From Oligoflexales bacterium (GTDB lineage Bacteria; Bdellovibrionota_B; Oligoflexia; Oligoflexales; RGVZ01), in assembly GCA_947468665.1 (NCBI GenBank), contig CANILH010000003.1, positions 13,961-77,960 on the forward strand: a stretch of DNA of 64,000 nucleotides, read 5' to 3'. The translations under genes were made by a program, and so were the position numbers. Shown piece by piece: positions 19,043-29,041 of the stretch (position 1 is the stretch's first letter; every line of letters starts with the position of its first letter). A model generated the notes under the pieces. It was not told where the DNA came from. It did no database searches and saw only the letters and a list, made by a program, of their open reading frames with translations.

Positions 19043-20206
19043 TCAGGGAGCTACGACCGGCATAGCACCCCTGATCAATCCGGAACTACCAACACCGCTA
19101 CCAGTGATGCTCACCCCGCAATGCCGGAGTAAATTATTGGTCGCATCACTAAGTCTCCTGACTATAATCGACTGCGGAAAATCAATCAGAAGCAAACGCT
19201 TATTACGCAGGCTCTTCCACGCGGTCTCATCATAGTTCAAGTATCCAAGATAAGCAGCCGAAAAACCAAAATATCTCTGTGCCGCCATTTCCATGGCTTT
19301 GCCGATGTCTATATCCGCCTGAGACCTGGTTTGGTTGATGACAATTCCCAGAAGTCGCCCCGAAAGGGCCGATGCCATAGGCCCCACGGTTCCGGGGTTT
19401 GCCTGAAACAGATAACGCAGCTTCTCGGTATAGCTTCGGCCAGGGGAGCCTGGGATCTCCTGATTAAGGGCGGTGAGGATGGCCTCCCCCTCCTCCATCC
19501 GGCCTAACCTGTGCGCCGCATGACGCAATGTCCTCATAAGACAGGCACGCATAAATAGGTAAGCGTTCTCAACGGAGGTAGGCTCTGGCAGAGCAGTAAT
19601 GACACCCGCGTGCGCGCAGCAAAACAGGTCAATTGTATGCCTGCTCGTTCCCGCGCCCAAATCCAGAATCACAACCTGATATCCGATATCACCCAACGAT
19701 GTTATGCCGCTCCAAAGCCGGCCAAAACCATCGCTCGAAAGACTATCCGAGATCGTCCACGCCTCATCACGCTGCGAAGATGCGATAGCGAGGCCCGGCA
19801 CGCTGGTCGGCGTCAAAACACCCGGCAAATCAGCTTTCCCCGCGACGAGCCAATCCCCAAGACTCGCGGGGACTGACGACATTCCAAAATATGTATGTAA
19901 ATTAGCTCCGCCACAGTCCAGATCGAGCGCGGCCACATTAAGACCAAGCCGGGCTAAGCGCGCAGCCAGATTCGCGGCTATTAGACTCTTGCCGACCCCC
20001 CCTTTGCCGCCTCCGACGGCGATGATCAATGGGCGGGACACCGATGGGGCCACACACTGCGCTGGCAAACCAAGGCTCCAGCCCCGATGGCGAAGTGTCA
20101 TCATTGGAGTTGGCAGTTCTAATGGTACGCGGGCGAATACTCCCGGCTTAGGCGCGTTATGATCGATATTCATTGAAGCGCCAGCCGCATATCGTGAGTT
20201 AAGCAT
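19043..20206 (-). CDS. MinD/ParA/FlhG-family P-loop ATPase with ~65-aa N-terminal extension
   Basis: Deviant Walker A IIAVGGGKGGVGKSLIAANLA. Also ALDLDCGGANLH and VVILDLGAGTS, typical of MinD/FlhG-type ATPases. Alternative start at the Met at 20173. Confidence 0.8.
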   Translation of the reverse strand: MLNSRYAAGASMNIDHNAPKPGVFARVPLELPTPMMTLRHRGWSLGLPAQCVAPSVSRPLIIAVGGGKGGVGKSLIAANLAARLARLGLNVAALDLDCGGANLHTYFGMSSVPASLGDWLVAGKADLPGVLTPTSVPGLAIASSQRDEAWTISDSLSSDGFGRLWSGITSLGDIGYQVVILDLGAGTSRHTIDLFCCAHAGVITALPEPTSVENAYLFMRACLMRTLRHAAHRLGRMEEGEAILTALNQEIPGSPGRSYTEKLRYLFQANPGTVGPMASALSGRLLGIVINQTRSQADIDIGKAMEMAAQRYFGFSAAYLGYLNYDETAWKSLRNKRLLLIDFPQSIIVRRLSDATNNLLRHCGVSITGSGVGSSGLIRGAMPVVAP

Positions 20207-20434
20207 ATGATCCAGTTCCTTCCCGAGTCCGCGACCCCAAGGTGACCTGACGGGGCACCCCCAACGTCAGACTACAAACCGCTGTCATCAGGCCTATTTT
20301 TGAGACCATCAGGACAGACTACCATTTCCGCGAAACTGCTGACAACTTTTGCGCAAAATTCCGGAAGAATATTTTTTAACAAAATTGGAGAGCGTCCTCT
20401 GGGATATATTTCGAGGATTTAAACAAACCAAGGC

Positions 20435-20995
20435 CTACTTTACTGGCAAAACAAGGGCTAACAGCAACGCTGCGCCCAAGACGACATAGAGACCTACGCC
20501 CCTCGCAATGAGCCAGTACAATGTGCTTTTGCGCATCGCGGCCCACGCGACAATTACCCCGTGTGCGATGAAGGCGAATACCATCATAAGATCTAGCCTG
20601 GCCATGCGCTTCAAAAACATGCCATCACTCAACACCCATTGCTTATCGGGTGGCATCAGACCCTTAACCTTTGGAAGCATCTGCAAGAGCAGCGGATCGC
20701 CGGACCACTGAAACCAACCCATTGTCACGGCGAAAACTCCCGCCATGACCACCGGCTGAAACTTGAACAGCCGGTCGTCTTTCATTCTGACACTGATCAA
20801 CCCCATGGCAAGAATCAGTCCTAGAGAGATCCATGTGGTCTTATCCACCTCTCCGTAGTGCTGCCAACTCCATGCAGCCTCAAACAGCGCGAAAATAATC
20901 GCTGCGATTATCGCCGTACGCATACCGGCAAAGATATCCACTATGGCAAATACGATCAGCGGCAGGAGCCCCTGGAGAGCGAAATCAAATGTCAT
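20435..20995 (-). CDS. polytopic inner-membrane protein (YciB/IspZ-like, tentative)
   Basis: 186 aa with about 5 hydrophobic helices. Size and N-terminal LLPLIVFAIVDIF pattern are reminiscent of septation protein A. No strong motif. Confidence 0.35.
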   Translation of the reverse strand: MTFDFALQGLLPLIVFAIVDIFAGMRTAIIAAIIFALFEAAWSWQHYGEVDKTTWISLGLILAMGLISVRMKDDRLFKFQPVVMAGVFAVTMGWFQWSGDPLLLQMLPKVKGLMPPDKQWVLSDGMFLKRMARLDLMMVFAFIAHGVIVAWAAMRKSTLYWLIARGVGLYVVLGAALLLALVLPVK

Positions 20996-21141
20996 CGTGA
21001 AATCTCCTCATGGTATCAAAATCTTGACACATTTATTCCGGGAATGACACGGCATAAAATATATAAGAGTGATAATTTATAGTGGTGAAATACGTTTACG
21101 CCCGGATCCCCCGCGCATTCGCGTTTTGAGAGGATGTTTTT

Positions 21142-22596
21142 ATGGTCCCAGATGCCGTCATCAATCAACTTAAAGCCCAAAAAACCGAGTATGACCTCAT
21201 TGTCATCGGAAGCGGACCGGCGGGCATTCAGGCCGCGGTTCAGGCCGCCAAGTTGAAAAAATCCGTTTGTATCATCGAGAAAATGCCGGATCAACTTGGA
21301 GGCGCCTGGATTCACACGGGCACTCTCCCCTCTAAAACCATCAGGGAAAGCCTGGAGGCTATTCATGCCATCAGACATCACGTTGGACACGGTTGGGTAG
21401 AGCGCATCGTCGAGGACCTCAGCACCTCGAAACTCTACCGACGTGCACAAAAAGTATCGAACGACGAGGAGTCCCTCGTCCGCCGCTACACAAAGAAAAA
21501 TAATATTGAGATATGTGGCGGTCTCGCGGCTTTTATTGACCAAAACACACTGCGAATCACGCCCGCACAAGGCCCCGCATACGAGCTCCGCGGGACTAAC
21601 TTCGTTATCGCGACGGGATCCAGGCCAAGACGCCCGGATAACATTCCGTTTGATGGTTGGCGCGTCGTGGACAGCGATGAAATCCTCAAACTCGAGTCGG
21701 TTCCACGACATATGATTATCTACGGAGCGGGAGTCATCGGCTGCGAATACGCATGTATCTTCGGGGCACTTGGGGTTGATACAATTCTCGTAGACTCAAG
21801 AGACCGTCTTCTCGCTATGTCTGACGCCGAGGTCGTGAAATCCCTTGAGAACGCGATGACAGACATCGGCATCAAAATAAAATTTAAACAGGACCTGAAG
21901 ACAATCACCCCAAAAGGCCCAAGAGTCTCAGTTCAACTTACCGATGAGACCATCGAGACGGACGTCCTGTTTTTTGCTGCCGGCCGGATCTCAAACTCAG
22001 AGAATATGGGCCTTGAAAAAATCGGCGTCAAGGTCAATGACCGCGGTGTCATTTCCGTCAATGACGCGTTTCAAACCTCAATTCCACACATATACGCGGC
22101 CGGCGACGTGATCGGCCCGCCCGCCCTCGCCGCGACATCCGCGCAGCAAGGACGCTTTTGCGCCCTTCACGCGTTCGCAACCATCAAAAGTGAGTTTCCC
22201 AAACACTTCCCGATCGGCGTTTACACCATTCCGGAATTGTCGAGTGTTGGCCCGACCGAGGAACAACTTAAAGAATCAGGCATGGATTTCGTCGTGGGGC
22301 GCGCGGGTTACAGTGAGATAGCCCGCGGCTACATTAAAGGTGACAGTCACGGCATGCTGAAATTACTTGTGGAGCGTAAAACTCACAAAATTCTTGGAAT
22401 TCATATCGTGGGTGAAGGGGCAGCGAATCTCGTTCATATTGGCCTGGCTTTCATGCTTAAAGACGGTGTCGCAAATGACCTCATCAACATGATTTTCAAC
22501 TACCCGACACTTGCCGAGGCGTACCGGATCGCGGCATTTAACGCCCTTAATAAAATTTATCCGGATGGTCGAATTTTGCCAGCGCCTCAGACCTGA
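21142..22596 (+). CDS. sthA: soluble pyridine nucleotide transhydrogenase (SthA/UdhA type flavoprotein)
   Basis: 484 aa. FAD fold YDLIVIGSGPAGIQAA and GGAWIHTGTLPSKTIRE (redox-active Cys pair absent, as in SthA). Also HMIIYGAGVIGCEYACIF, AAGDVIG and FNYPTLAEAYRIAAFNALNKI. Confidence 0.85.
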   Translation: MVPDAVINQLKAQKTEYDLIVIGSGPAGIQAAVQAAKLKKSVCIIEKMPDQLGGAWIHTGTLPSKTIRESLEAIHAIRHHVGHGWVERIVEDLSTSKLYRRAQKVSNDEESLVRRYTKKNNIEICGGLAAFIDQNTLRITPAQGPAYELRGTNFVIATGSRPRRPDNIPFDGWRVVDSDEILKLESVPRHMIIYGAGVIGCEYACIFGALGVDTILVDSRDRLLAMSDAEVVKSLENAMTDIGIKIKFKQDLKTITPKGPRVSVQLTDETIETDVLFFAAGRISNSENMGLEKIGVKVNDRGVISVNDAFQTSIPHIYAAGDVIGPPALAATSAQQGRFCALHAFATIKSEFPKHFPIGVYTIPELSSVGPTEEQLKESGMDFVVGRAGYSEIARGYIKGDSHGMLKLLVERKTHKILGIHIVGEGAANLVHIGLAFMLKDGVANDLINMIFNYPTLAEAYRIAAFNALNKIYPDGRILPAPQT

Positions 22597-22605
22597 AAAA
22601 TAATC

Positions 22606-23655
22606 TCAATTAATCCGCTGATACATGTCCTGAGGAAAACGCTCGCTGTATTCAGCCACGCCAGCCCGCATCTGATCAAACGTTTTGGCCTTCATCGTGA
22701 CTTTCCAGAAACTATGTCCAAACATAAACCACTTTGATCCCGTAGCGGCGTAAAAACGAAGCTTCTGAATACCGTATTCCTCAACGCCATCACCCTCGCC
22801 AAAGTACCTCTCAACGAGATCAATCAAATTAAGAAACGCCCGATGATACTCACGCCCCTCCTCAGAAGGAGTCCGCGGCGCCCGCTCACCCTCCCTGCCA
22901 GGTGGAGCGTTTTCAATGCCCATATCCTCGGCGATTTGCCACAAAATCCATGGTCTCGCGGTCGCGGCGCGGGCGATCATGGCCCCGGCGCAGCCATAGT
23001 CTCTAACAATCCTCATCGCGTCTTCGGAAGTTTGAATGTCACCATTGGCGACAACGGGTATTTTTCTTGCGAGGGCGACCTCACCAACCACATCCCAGTT
23101 TGCCGGCCCCTCATGTTTCGCTGCCCGGGGCCGCGCGTGAATTGTAAGCCAATCAGCGCCAGCGTCCTCAAGGGCCGCGGTAAAATGAAGCAAGTAGTTT
23201 TTATCAACATCTTTGTCGGCGCCGCCCCGCAGCTTGACGCTGACCGGACGATCAGTGTGCCGTTTCGCCATGCGCACGACATCGGCCGCGTAAGCGGCGT
23301 CACCCATCAACCGCACACCCCAGTTATGCCGAAGCACATGAGACTGGGGGCATCCCATATTAATATCAAAACCCCAAGGCGAAAGAGGCGTTAGTTTTTT
23401 GATGCTTGGCCCAATAAACTGCTCTTCATTTCCGAGCAACTGAGGCACAAAAAAACGCTCGCCCTCTGAGACACGAAGCTCCCTCGTCAAGTGAAGGCGC
23501 TCGCTAGGAAGCTTTCTTGTTGAGAGCATCTCCGTAAACCGGATCGCCTCGACCGCCTCGGGTGTATATGAGCGCATCAACTCACGAAACGCTACGTGAC
23601 TGATTCCAACCATCGGAGCGATCATAAACGGGAAATTAACATTAAGACGGCGCAT
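22606..23655 (-). CDS. tRNA-dihydrouridine synthase (Dus family)
   Basis: 349 aa. Motifs MIAPMVGISHVAFRELMR, FDINMGCPQ, VSVKLRGG and LTIHARPR are typical Dus TIM-barrel motifs. Confidence 0.85.
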   Translation of the reverse strand: MRRLNVNFPFMIAPMVGISHVAFRELMRSYTPEAVEAIRFTEMLSTRKLPSERLHLTRELRVSEGERFFVPQLLGNEEQFIGPSIKKLTPLSPWGFDINMGCPQSHVLRHNWGVRLMGDAAYAADVVRMAKRHTDRPVSVKLRGGADKDVDKNYLLHFTAALEDAGADWLTIHARPRAAKHEGPANWDVVGEVALARKIPVVANGDIQTSEDAMRIVRDYGCAGAMIARAATARPWILWQIAEDMGIENAPPGREGERAPRTPSEEGREYHRAFLNLIDLVERYFGEGDGVEEYGIQKLRFYAATGSKWFMFGHSFWKVTMKAKTFDQMRAGVAEYSERFPQDMYQRIN

Positions 23656-23842
23656 GCCGAACTACCCCCAGAACGTTGATTCAACCAGCATGCGGCTTTT
23701 CGCTCAAAAATACCCAATAATCCATTCAATTCACTCGCTTTACGATAATGACGGCAAAAACAACTCCCTGAAGTTTCACCCGCACAGAGCAAGGTGATAC
23801 AATTAAAAAGCAATTTAAACAAAGCCTTAGGACGAAAGAATT

Positions 23843-24181
23843 ATGTCATCCGAACCAGAAGAACAGAAAATATCGGCGATCATGACGCCCTTAAAGGACT
23901 TTATTAAGGATTCCACTAAGGTCTCAGACCTGTTCGGCGACAAACGTTTTAATGAGCGGGGCGTCATGTTTGTCGTTGACGCCTCCGGAAAACTATTGGG
24001 CGCCCTTCGCGAACGACGTATTGTCGCTTGCCGCCACTTAATTAAAGTGGGCCGCGAAAACTTGCCAAAGTCATACCTCGATTTACTCGACACAATCAAA
24101 AACAATGCCTTTCGCTGTTTTGTAGCCGCCGAGCTCGTTAGCCTTGTCGATCAATTATTAAGAGACGAGTGTTCAGCGTGA
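23843..24181 (+). CDS. small hypothetical protein (possible single CBS-like module)
   Basis: 112-aa ORF overlapping the next gene by 13 bp. MTPLKDFI...VMFVVDASGKLLGAL is CBS-like, but the match is weak. Confidence 0.35.
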   Translation: MSSEPEEQKISAIMTPLKDFIKDSTKVSDLFGDKRFNERGVMFVVDASGKLLGALRERRIVACRHLIKVGRENLPKSYLDLLDTIKNNAFRCFVAAELVSLVDQLLRDECSA

Positions 24182-27105
24182 GAACCACTTTATTTCCATA
24201 CATTTTTTGCGCCACACTGACTGTTTTCCTTACCGTCCTTTGCGGCACCCCTGCAAACGCCTTGCCCATTGGTTTTGGTTATAACCAGGGTGACATTGAA
24301 TTCATGGAGTTAAAATCCGCGAATTTTACGGTCTACCACGACAAAAGAACGCCTGAGGACGCAAAGCTGGCCCTCCGCTCCCTTGAGGCGGCGCGTCCGA
24401 ATCTTGAGCGGTGGTTTCAGGTCTCTCGCTCAAGCCCATTGATTGTCAACATGTCAGCGGCAAGCGACAATGCGTCGTTCGCGAACTTTATCACTGATTC
24501 TATCGAACTTCAGACCCTCGGACAGGGAGGACGGGATCTCGCATGGCACGAGTACACCCACTCGATGATGTACCGGCACCTGGACAACTGGTTCGGTCCT
24601 GCGGGAGCGATTTTACATTTGCCGTGGATGGAAGCTTGGTTTCTTGAGGGACTCGCGGAAGCCCTGAGTGTCTCCGTTGGATCCGATGAACAGGCAGGCA
24701 TAGAGCGGTATCAGGCGCTTACCGGCAACTGGCCGACCTGGGATCATATCCATAGCTTATACACAAGCGGACCATTTAACTTTCAAGGCTACGCGACAAG
24801 TGGTGGATTTGTGGCCTGGCTGCTGAGATTTAACGACGCCGAGAAACTCCCCGCGATGCTTAAGGAGTTTAAATCGAAATCTATGCCATGGTATTGGCCA
24901 TGGGCGTTCACGCCGTTCAATGGTTTTTGGCCAATGGAGGCCGCGCTGAAGTCCATGACCGCCAAATCAGGCCGCGAACTGTATGAGCAGTATAAAATTG
25001 ACTCCGCCGCATTCTGGAAAAAGCAGGTCACAACGCCAATTCTATCAATCAACATCCCCGCGAAAGACCTCACTGATTCCCCATTAACCTGGACGGTTCA
25101 CGATGGAAAACTGGCGAAAGCAACTCCGCCAGAAGACTCCGCCAGTGCGCAATTCGCCGATTCGTCCACCGGCAAAGCCTGGGTCGAAGAGTACTATCCC
25201 AAAGCCAATCAACGCCGCTACCGGGTCGTCCTCGCAGAAAAAGGAAAAAAGCATCGATCAATCAATCGGGGCAGCATCTGGACAGATGGACCATGGCTTA
25301 CGGCTAAGGATGCCTGGTGGCTTGAGACGACGTTTGAGACAGCGCAACTCTGTCACGCTCCGCGGGATACATTTAGGAAAACCAATGTCGTCTGCGTAAT
25401 CACCTCGACCGTGCCCACGCATTTGCGCCTACTTGGCCAGCTTAAAGACACGAATGGACAATACACGACCACTATCTGGCTTGCCAGAGACCACGAAACT
25501 CTGAAAGGAGACATCCATGAAATCCTCGAGGTCATTCTCTCATCAGGTGCCCAGAGAGTTTACAAGTCTCCGGTTGGAGGACGCCCCCTCAGCGTGGCAT
25601 CGACACCGAATGGACGCTGGTTGCTTGCTGGAAGCAAATCATGGCGGCACGTGATTAAACTCGGTAAAAACGACCAGTGTGAGGGAATCGTTGAGATCGC
25701 CGACTTTCCAGTCCGGCTGGTTGACTCGTCAGGTGACTTGCCCCACGTCGTACTCTACACCAAAGACGGCTACACGGCGGTTCCTTTGCCGGCGAAAGAT
25801 TTTCCCTTGAAACCATGTCGCCAAATGTCTGAAAGATCATCTCCACTTCTCGCCGCGACACGCTCCGCAAAACTGCTTTCTTTTAATGAGGCAATACAGG
25901 CATCAAACACTTGGACAGACTCCGACACGTCACTCCCAAACGCAAAGGCCACCGACAATAAACCCATGCCAACTGAAGCCCTGCAGACGACAGCAAATTA
26001 TACTGAGACATCTGCTGAAAAATCTGCTGAGCAAAATGCTGACGAGCCCGTCTCAAAGCCCACAACCTGGAGAGGTCGCCCGATTTTCGCGTTCCCGTGG
26101 ATTGGCGCAGACGACGCCATGGGTCCCCAGATCGGGATTATCTCAGTTCCATTGATGGATCAAATGCAAAACGAGACTCTCCGCGCGACCGTTCTGGTCG
26201 GAACCGTCAGTCACTTCCCCTATCAGGATCTCACCATCACAACCAATCGCTTCACGCCAACCTGGTCTTTGACAGGTTTTCGCGCGCAGACATACAACGG
26301 TCGCTACCGGGACTCATCCACCAACCAGATTCTCAACAAATATATGGAAGAGTCAGGCGCGCATATAGACGGTTCACTAAGCCAATACTGGTCTCGTCGC
26401 TCCATAGACTGGAACTGGGGCATTAAAACATCTCACTTGAAACCCTACATCGGTCCATCAAGACGCCATGGCCACCTGAACGAGCCCTATGCCAACATAA
26501 CGGTTTCCGTGAATAACGGTCACAAACTCTACGCGAGCACATCACTAAAAGGACGGGTCGCGCCTCCGTCGATGAACAAAGAATTCCAGTATGATGTTCT
26601 CGGCGCGGGCGTCCTTGGGGGCGCAAAAATTGGCAGCGGAAAGGTTGAACTCGGCCTCGATGGCAGCCGGACCCGGGGACCCAAAAGACAAGATCTTCAG
26701 GAGATGTACTCGCCTCTTAAAACCCTCATTCCTGGAAGTGGTGGCGGATATAATCAAACAAGCTTCGCGGTCACACCGGACAACGGTCTCTTTACCCCGG
26801 TCTTTGGCGAGAACCAAGCCCGGGCCAGACTCTTCGCGACACATCCTATAATAGAGCACGTTGATAAATTCGCGGGCCTCCTCTATCTGGACAGCCTGGA
26901 TCTCAGCGGCTTCTTTAATTACGGTACCGCATGGCGGGGGAGCCAATCCCCCAAAAAGAAAAACCTTATTCCCGCCCAAGGTTACAATGTGGACCTTTTC
27001 ATGGACAACAAAGGCGTCCGTTTCAACCTCGGCCTTGGCACTGGCCAAGTTCTAGGCAGGCCCTGGCAGGGCTACTGGACCTTTGGCTTTGACGCCCTCT
27101 TTTAA
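24169..27105 (+). CDS. large envelope protein: N-terminal Peptidase_MA-like zinc-protease domain and C-terminal beta-barrel-like region
   Basis: 978 aa. Signal peptide, HExxH in LAWHEYTHSMMY, followed by PWMEAWFLEGLAEAL (gluzincin third-ligand pattern). The C-terminal ~330 aa has alternating beta-strand patterns and ends ...GYWTFGFDALF (aromatic terminal residue typical of OM barrels). Confidence 0.55.
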   Translation: MFSVRTTLFPYIFCATLTVFLTVLCGTPANALPIGFGYNQGDIEFMELKSANFTVYHDKRTPEDAKLALRSLEAARPNLERWFQVSRSSPLIVNMSAASDNASFANFITDSIELQTLGQGGRDLAWHEYTHSMMYRHLDNWFGPAGAILHLPWMEAWFLEGLAEALSVSVGSDEQAGIERYQALTGNWPTWDHIHSLYTSGPFNFQGYATSGGFVAWLLRFNDAEKLPAMLKEFKSKSMPWYWPWAFTPFNGFWPMEAALKSMTAKSGRELYEQYKIDSAAFWKKQVTTPILSINIPAKDLTDSPLTWTVHDGKLAKATPPEDSASAQFADSSTGKAWVEEYYPKANQRRYRVVLAEKGKKHRSINRGSIWTDGPWLTAKDAWWLETTFETAQLCHAPRDTFRKTNVVCVITSTVPTHLRLLGQLKDTNGQYTTTIWLARDHETLKGDIHEILEVILSSGAQRVYKSPVGGRPLSVASTPNGRWLLAGSKSWRHVIKLGKNDQCEGIVEIADFPVRLVDSSGDLPHVVLYTKDGYTAVPLPAKDFPLKPCRQMSERSSPLLAATRSAKLLSFNEAIQASNTWTDSDTSLPNAKATDNKPMPTEALQTTANYTETSAEKSAEQNADEPVSKPTTWRGRPIFAFPWIGADDAMGPQIGIISVPLMDQMQNETLRATVLVGTVSHFPYQDLTITTNRFTPTWSLTGFRAQTYNGRYRDSSTNQILNKYMEESGAHIDGSLSQYWSRRSIDWNWGIKTSHLKPYIGPSRRHGHLNEPYANITVSVNNGHKLYASTSLKGRVAPPSMNKEFQYDVLGAGVLGGAKIGSGKVELGLDGSRTRGPKRQDLQEMYSPLKTLIPGSGGGYNQTSFAVTPDNGLFTPVFGENQARARLFATHPIIEHVDKFAGLLYLDSLDLSGFFNYGTAWRGSQSPKKKNLIPAQGYNVDLFMDNKGVRFNLGLGTGQVLGRPWQGYWTFGFDALF

Positions 27106-27199
27106 GGTTGTCTGAAAACTCGTCCTCCGCTAGTTTGGCGTCTGCTTGAATCATTAAGTAGATGGCGACCATCCAGATGCCGCCCGGAGGAATATAGCA

Positions 27200-28009
27200 A
27201 TGGGACTCTTTACTGGTAAAAAAGGCATCATTATGGGTGTCGCCAACGAATACTCTCTCGCCTCCGGCGTGGCGGACTTCCTCAAAAAAGAAGGCGCTGA
27301 GATCGGCCTGAGTCACCTGCCAGATAAAGAAGGCGGCCCCGCTAAAATGCTCCGCCGCGTCATGCGTGTTGCCGAACCACTCGGAATCACATTTGTCAGG
27401 CCATGCGACGTAAGCAATGACGCCGACATTGCCCGCTTCTTCGGCGAAGTGCGTGAACAGTTTGGAACTATTGATTTCTTTGTACACTCAATCGCTTACG
27501 CCCCCATGGACGACATCAAGTGTGCCACCATTGACGCCAGCCGCGCTGGTTTCCTTAACGCGATGGACATCAGCTGCTACAGCTTTATCGCCTGTGCCCG
27601 CGCCGCAGCTCCCCTCATGGAAAAGGGCGGATCGATGGCGACTATGACCTACTACGGCGGCGAGCGGGTCGTCGGCGGATACAACCTCATGGGTCTCTGC
27701 AAAGCAGCTCTTGAATCCGCTACGAAATATCTTGCCTGGGATCTTGGGCCTAAAGGCATCAGAGTTAACGCGGTAAGTGCCGGCCCCGTCAAAACACTTG
27801 CGTCATCAGCAGTTGGAGCTGGTGAGATGCTTGACATGTATCAGTCCATCGCCCCCATGGGACGCAACATCAGCGCTGCGGAAGTTGGTAAATCTACAGG
27901 GTTTCTTCTCAGTGATCTGGCCTCTGCTACAACTGGCGAGACGCTCCACGTTGATTGTGGATATCATGTGATGGGAAGTCCGGGTCGGGCCCTCCTCAAC
28001 GATAAATAA
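27200..28009 (+). CDS. fabI: enoyl-ACP reductase FabI
   Basis: 269 aa. Motifs GKKGIIMGVANEYSLASGVA, catalytic Y..M.....K in YNLMGLCKAALES, and AVSAGPVKTLA. Confidence 0.9.
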   Translation: MGLFTGKKGIIMGVANEYSLASGVADFLKKEGAEIGLSHLPDKEGGPAKMLRRVMRVAEPLGITFVRPCDVSNDADIARFFGEVREQFGTIDFFVHSIAYAPMDDIKCATIDASRAGFLNAMDISCYSFIACARAAAPLMEKGGSMATMTYYGGERVVGGYNLMGLCKAALESATKYLAWDLGPKGIRVNAVSAGPVKTLASSAVGAGEMLDMYQSIAPMGRNISAAEVGKSTGFLLSDLASATTGETLHVDCGYHVMGSPGRALLNDK

Positions 28010-28242
28010 CCCCCCCCCGTACCCTTCATTGCGGCGTTTAGCTAAAATCAGGTACTTACGACGGCCTGTTCTCATCAAATTCTAATTATTAACAATTCTC
28101 ATCGGATTCTAATGATTATCTAAACATTCAAAATTACTTAACAAATAATTTTAAGCTTGCAATAGAGTTACCCTTTCCCGTAAACCGGTAGGACAAGAAA
28201 TAATCACTGATGATTTTTTGAACTGGGCTGGAGGGGACAACA

Positions 28243-28992
28243 ATGCAAGTTTCATTGCAGGGTAAAAACATACTCATCACGGGTGGCGTCCGGGGAATTG
28301 GGCGAGCCATGACTGAAGCTGCGGCAAAAGCCGGCGGGCACGTCATAGCAACTTATTTGAGCAACGAGGCTACGGCGAAAGACGTCATAGGCGGCCTTCA
28401 ATCACAGGGTCTTAATGTCCATGCTTGCAAACTTGATGTTCGCGACTCCAAACAAGTCGACGAGGCTGTTGCCGCTCTCGAATCCGAGTACGGCCCGATC
28501 GAAGTGCTTATCAATAACGCCGGAATCGTCAAAGACGGTTTACTCATGGCAATGGAAGACGACGACTGGAATGACGTGCTCAATACGAACCTTGGTGGCG
28601 CGTTCCATGTTACGAGAGCAGTCGCGCGACAGATGATTCGTGCCCGTCGCGGTCAGATCATTAACATTTCCTCAGTCGCGGCATCTCGACCGGGTCGCGG
28701 TCAAGTCAACTATGCGGCCTCCAAAGGCGGTATTGAGGCTGCCACCAAGGCGCTCGCCGTTGAACTCTCATCACGCAACATTCGCGTTAACTGCATCGCT
28801 CCCGGTGTCATCACCACAGAAATGAGCCAGGACGTGCGCGAGGCGGCCGGGGATAAAATCCTCGAAAGCATTCTCCTGAAGCGGTTCGGAAACCCGGAAG
28901 ACATCGCCAATATGGCGGTATTTCTGGCATCTGATCTCGCTTCATACATCACGGGCGAAGTTATCCACATTGATGGTGGATTGAAGCTGTAA
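28243..28992 (+). CDS. fabG: 3-oxoacyl-ACP reductase (FabG-type SDR)
   Basis: 249 aa. Motifs GKNILITGGVRGIGRA, NNAG, S..(13)..YAASKGG and PGVITTEM. Confidence 0.85.
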   Translation: MQVSLQGKNILITGGVRGIGRAMTEAAAKAGGHVIATYLSNEATAKDVIGGLQSQGLNVHACKLDVRDSKQVDEAVAALESEYGPIEVLINNAGIVKDGLLMAMEDDDWNDVLNTNLGGAFHVTRAVARQMIRARRGQIINISSVAASRPGRGQVNYAASKGGIEAATKALAVELSSRNIRVNCIAPGVITTEMSQDVREAAGDKILESILLKRFGNPEDIANMAVFLASDLASYITGEVIHIDGGLKL

Positions 28993-29041
28993 CAAGGCTA
29001 TTCGTAACAACGATTTTATTAACGTAAGAAAGGAACACATC

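Noticed and set aside
21016-21711. 231-aa ORF antisense to the 5' part of sthA
   Set aside because: sthA has unambiguous flavoprotein motifs across this span. The antisense ORF has no motifs and would run through the sthA promoter.
27023-27487. 154-aa ORF spanning the fabI start on the opposite strand
   Set aside because: It overlaps two well-supported genes (the end of the barrel protein and fabI). Its composition is not protein-like.
28010-28018. C9 homopolymer immediately after the fabI stop codon
   Set aside because: It could be a slipped-strand switch in the fabI/fabG spacer, but it lies outside any ORF and about 225 bp from the fabG start. I cannot support a regulatory role from sequence alone.
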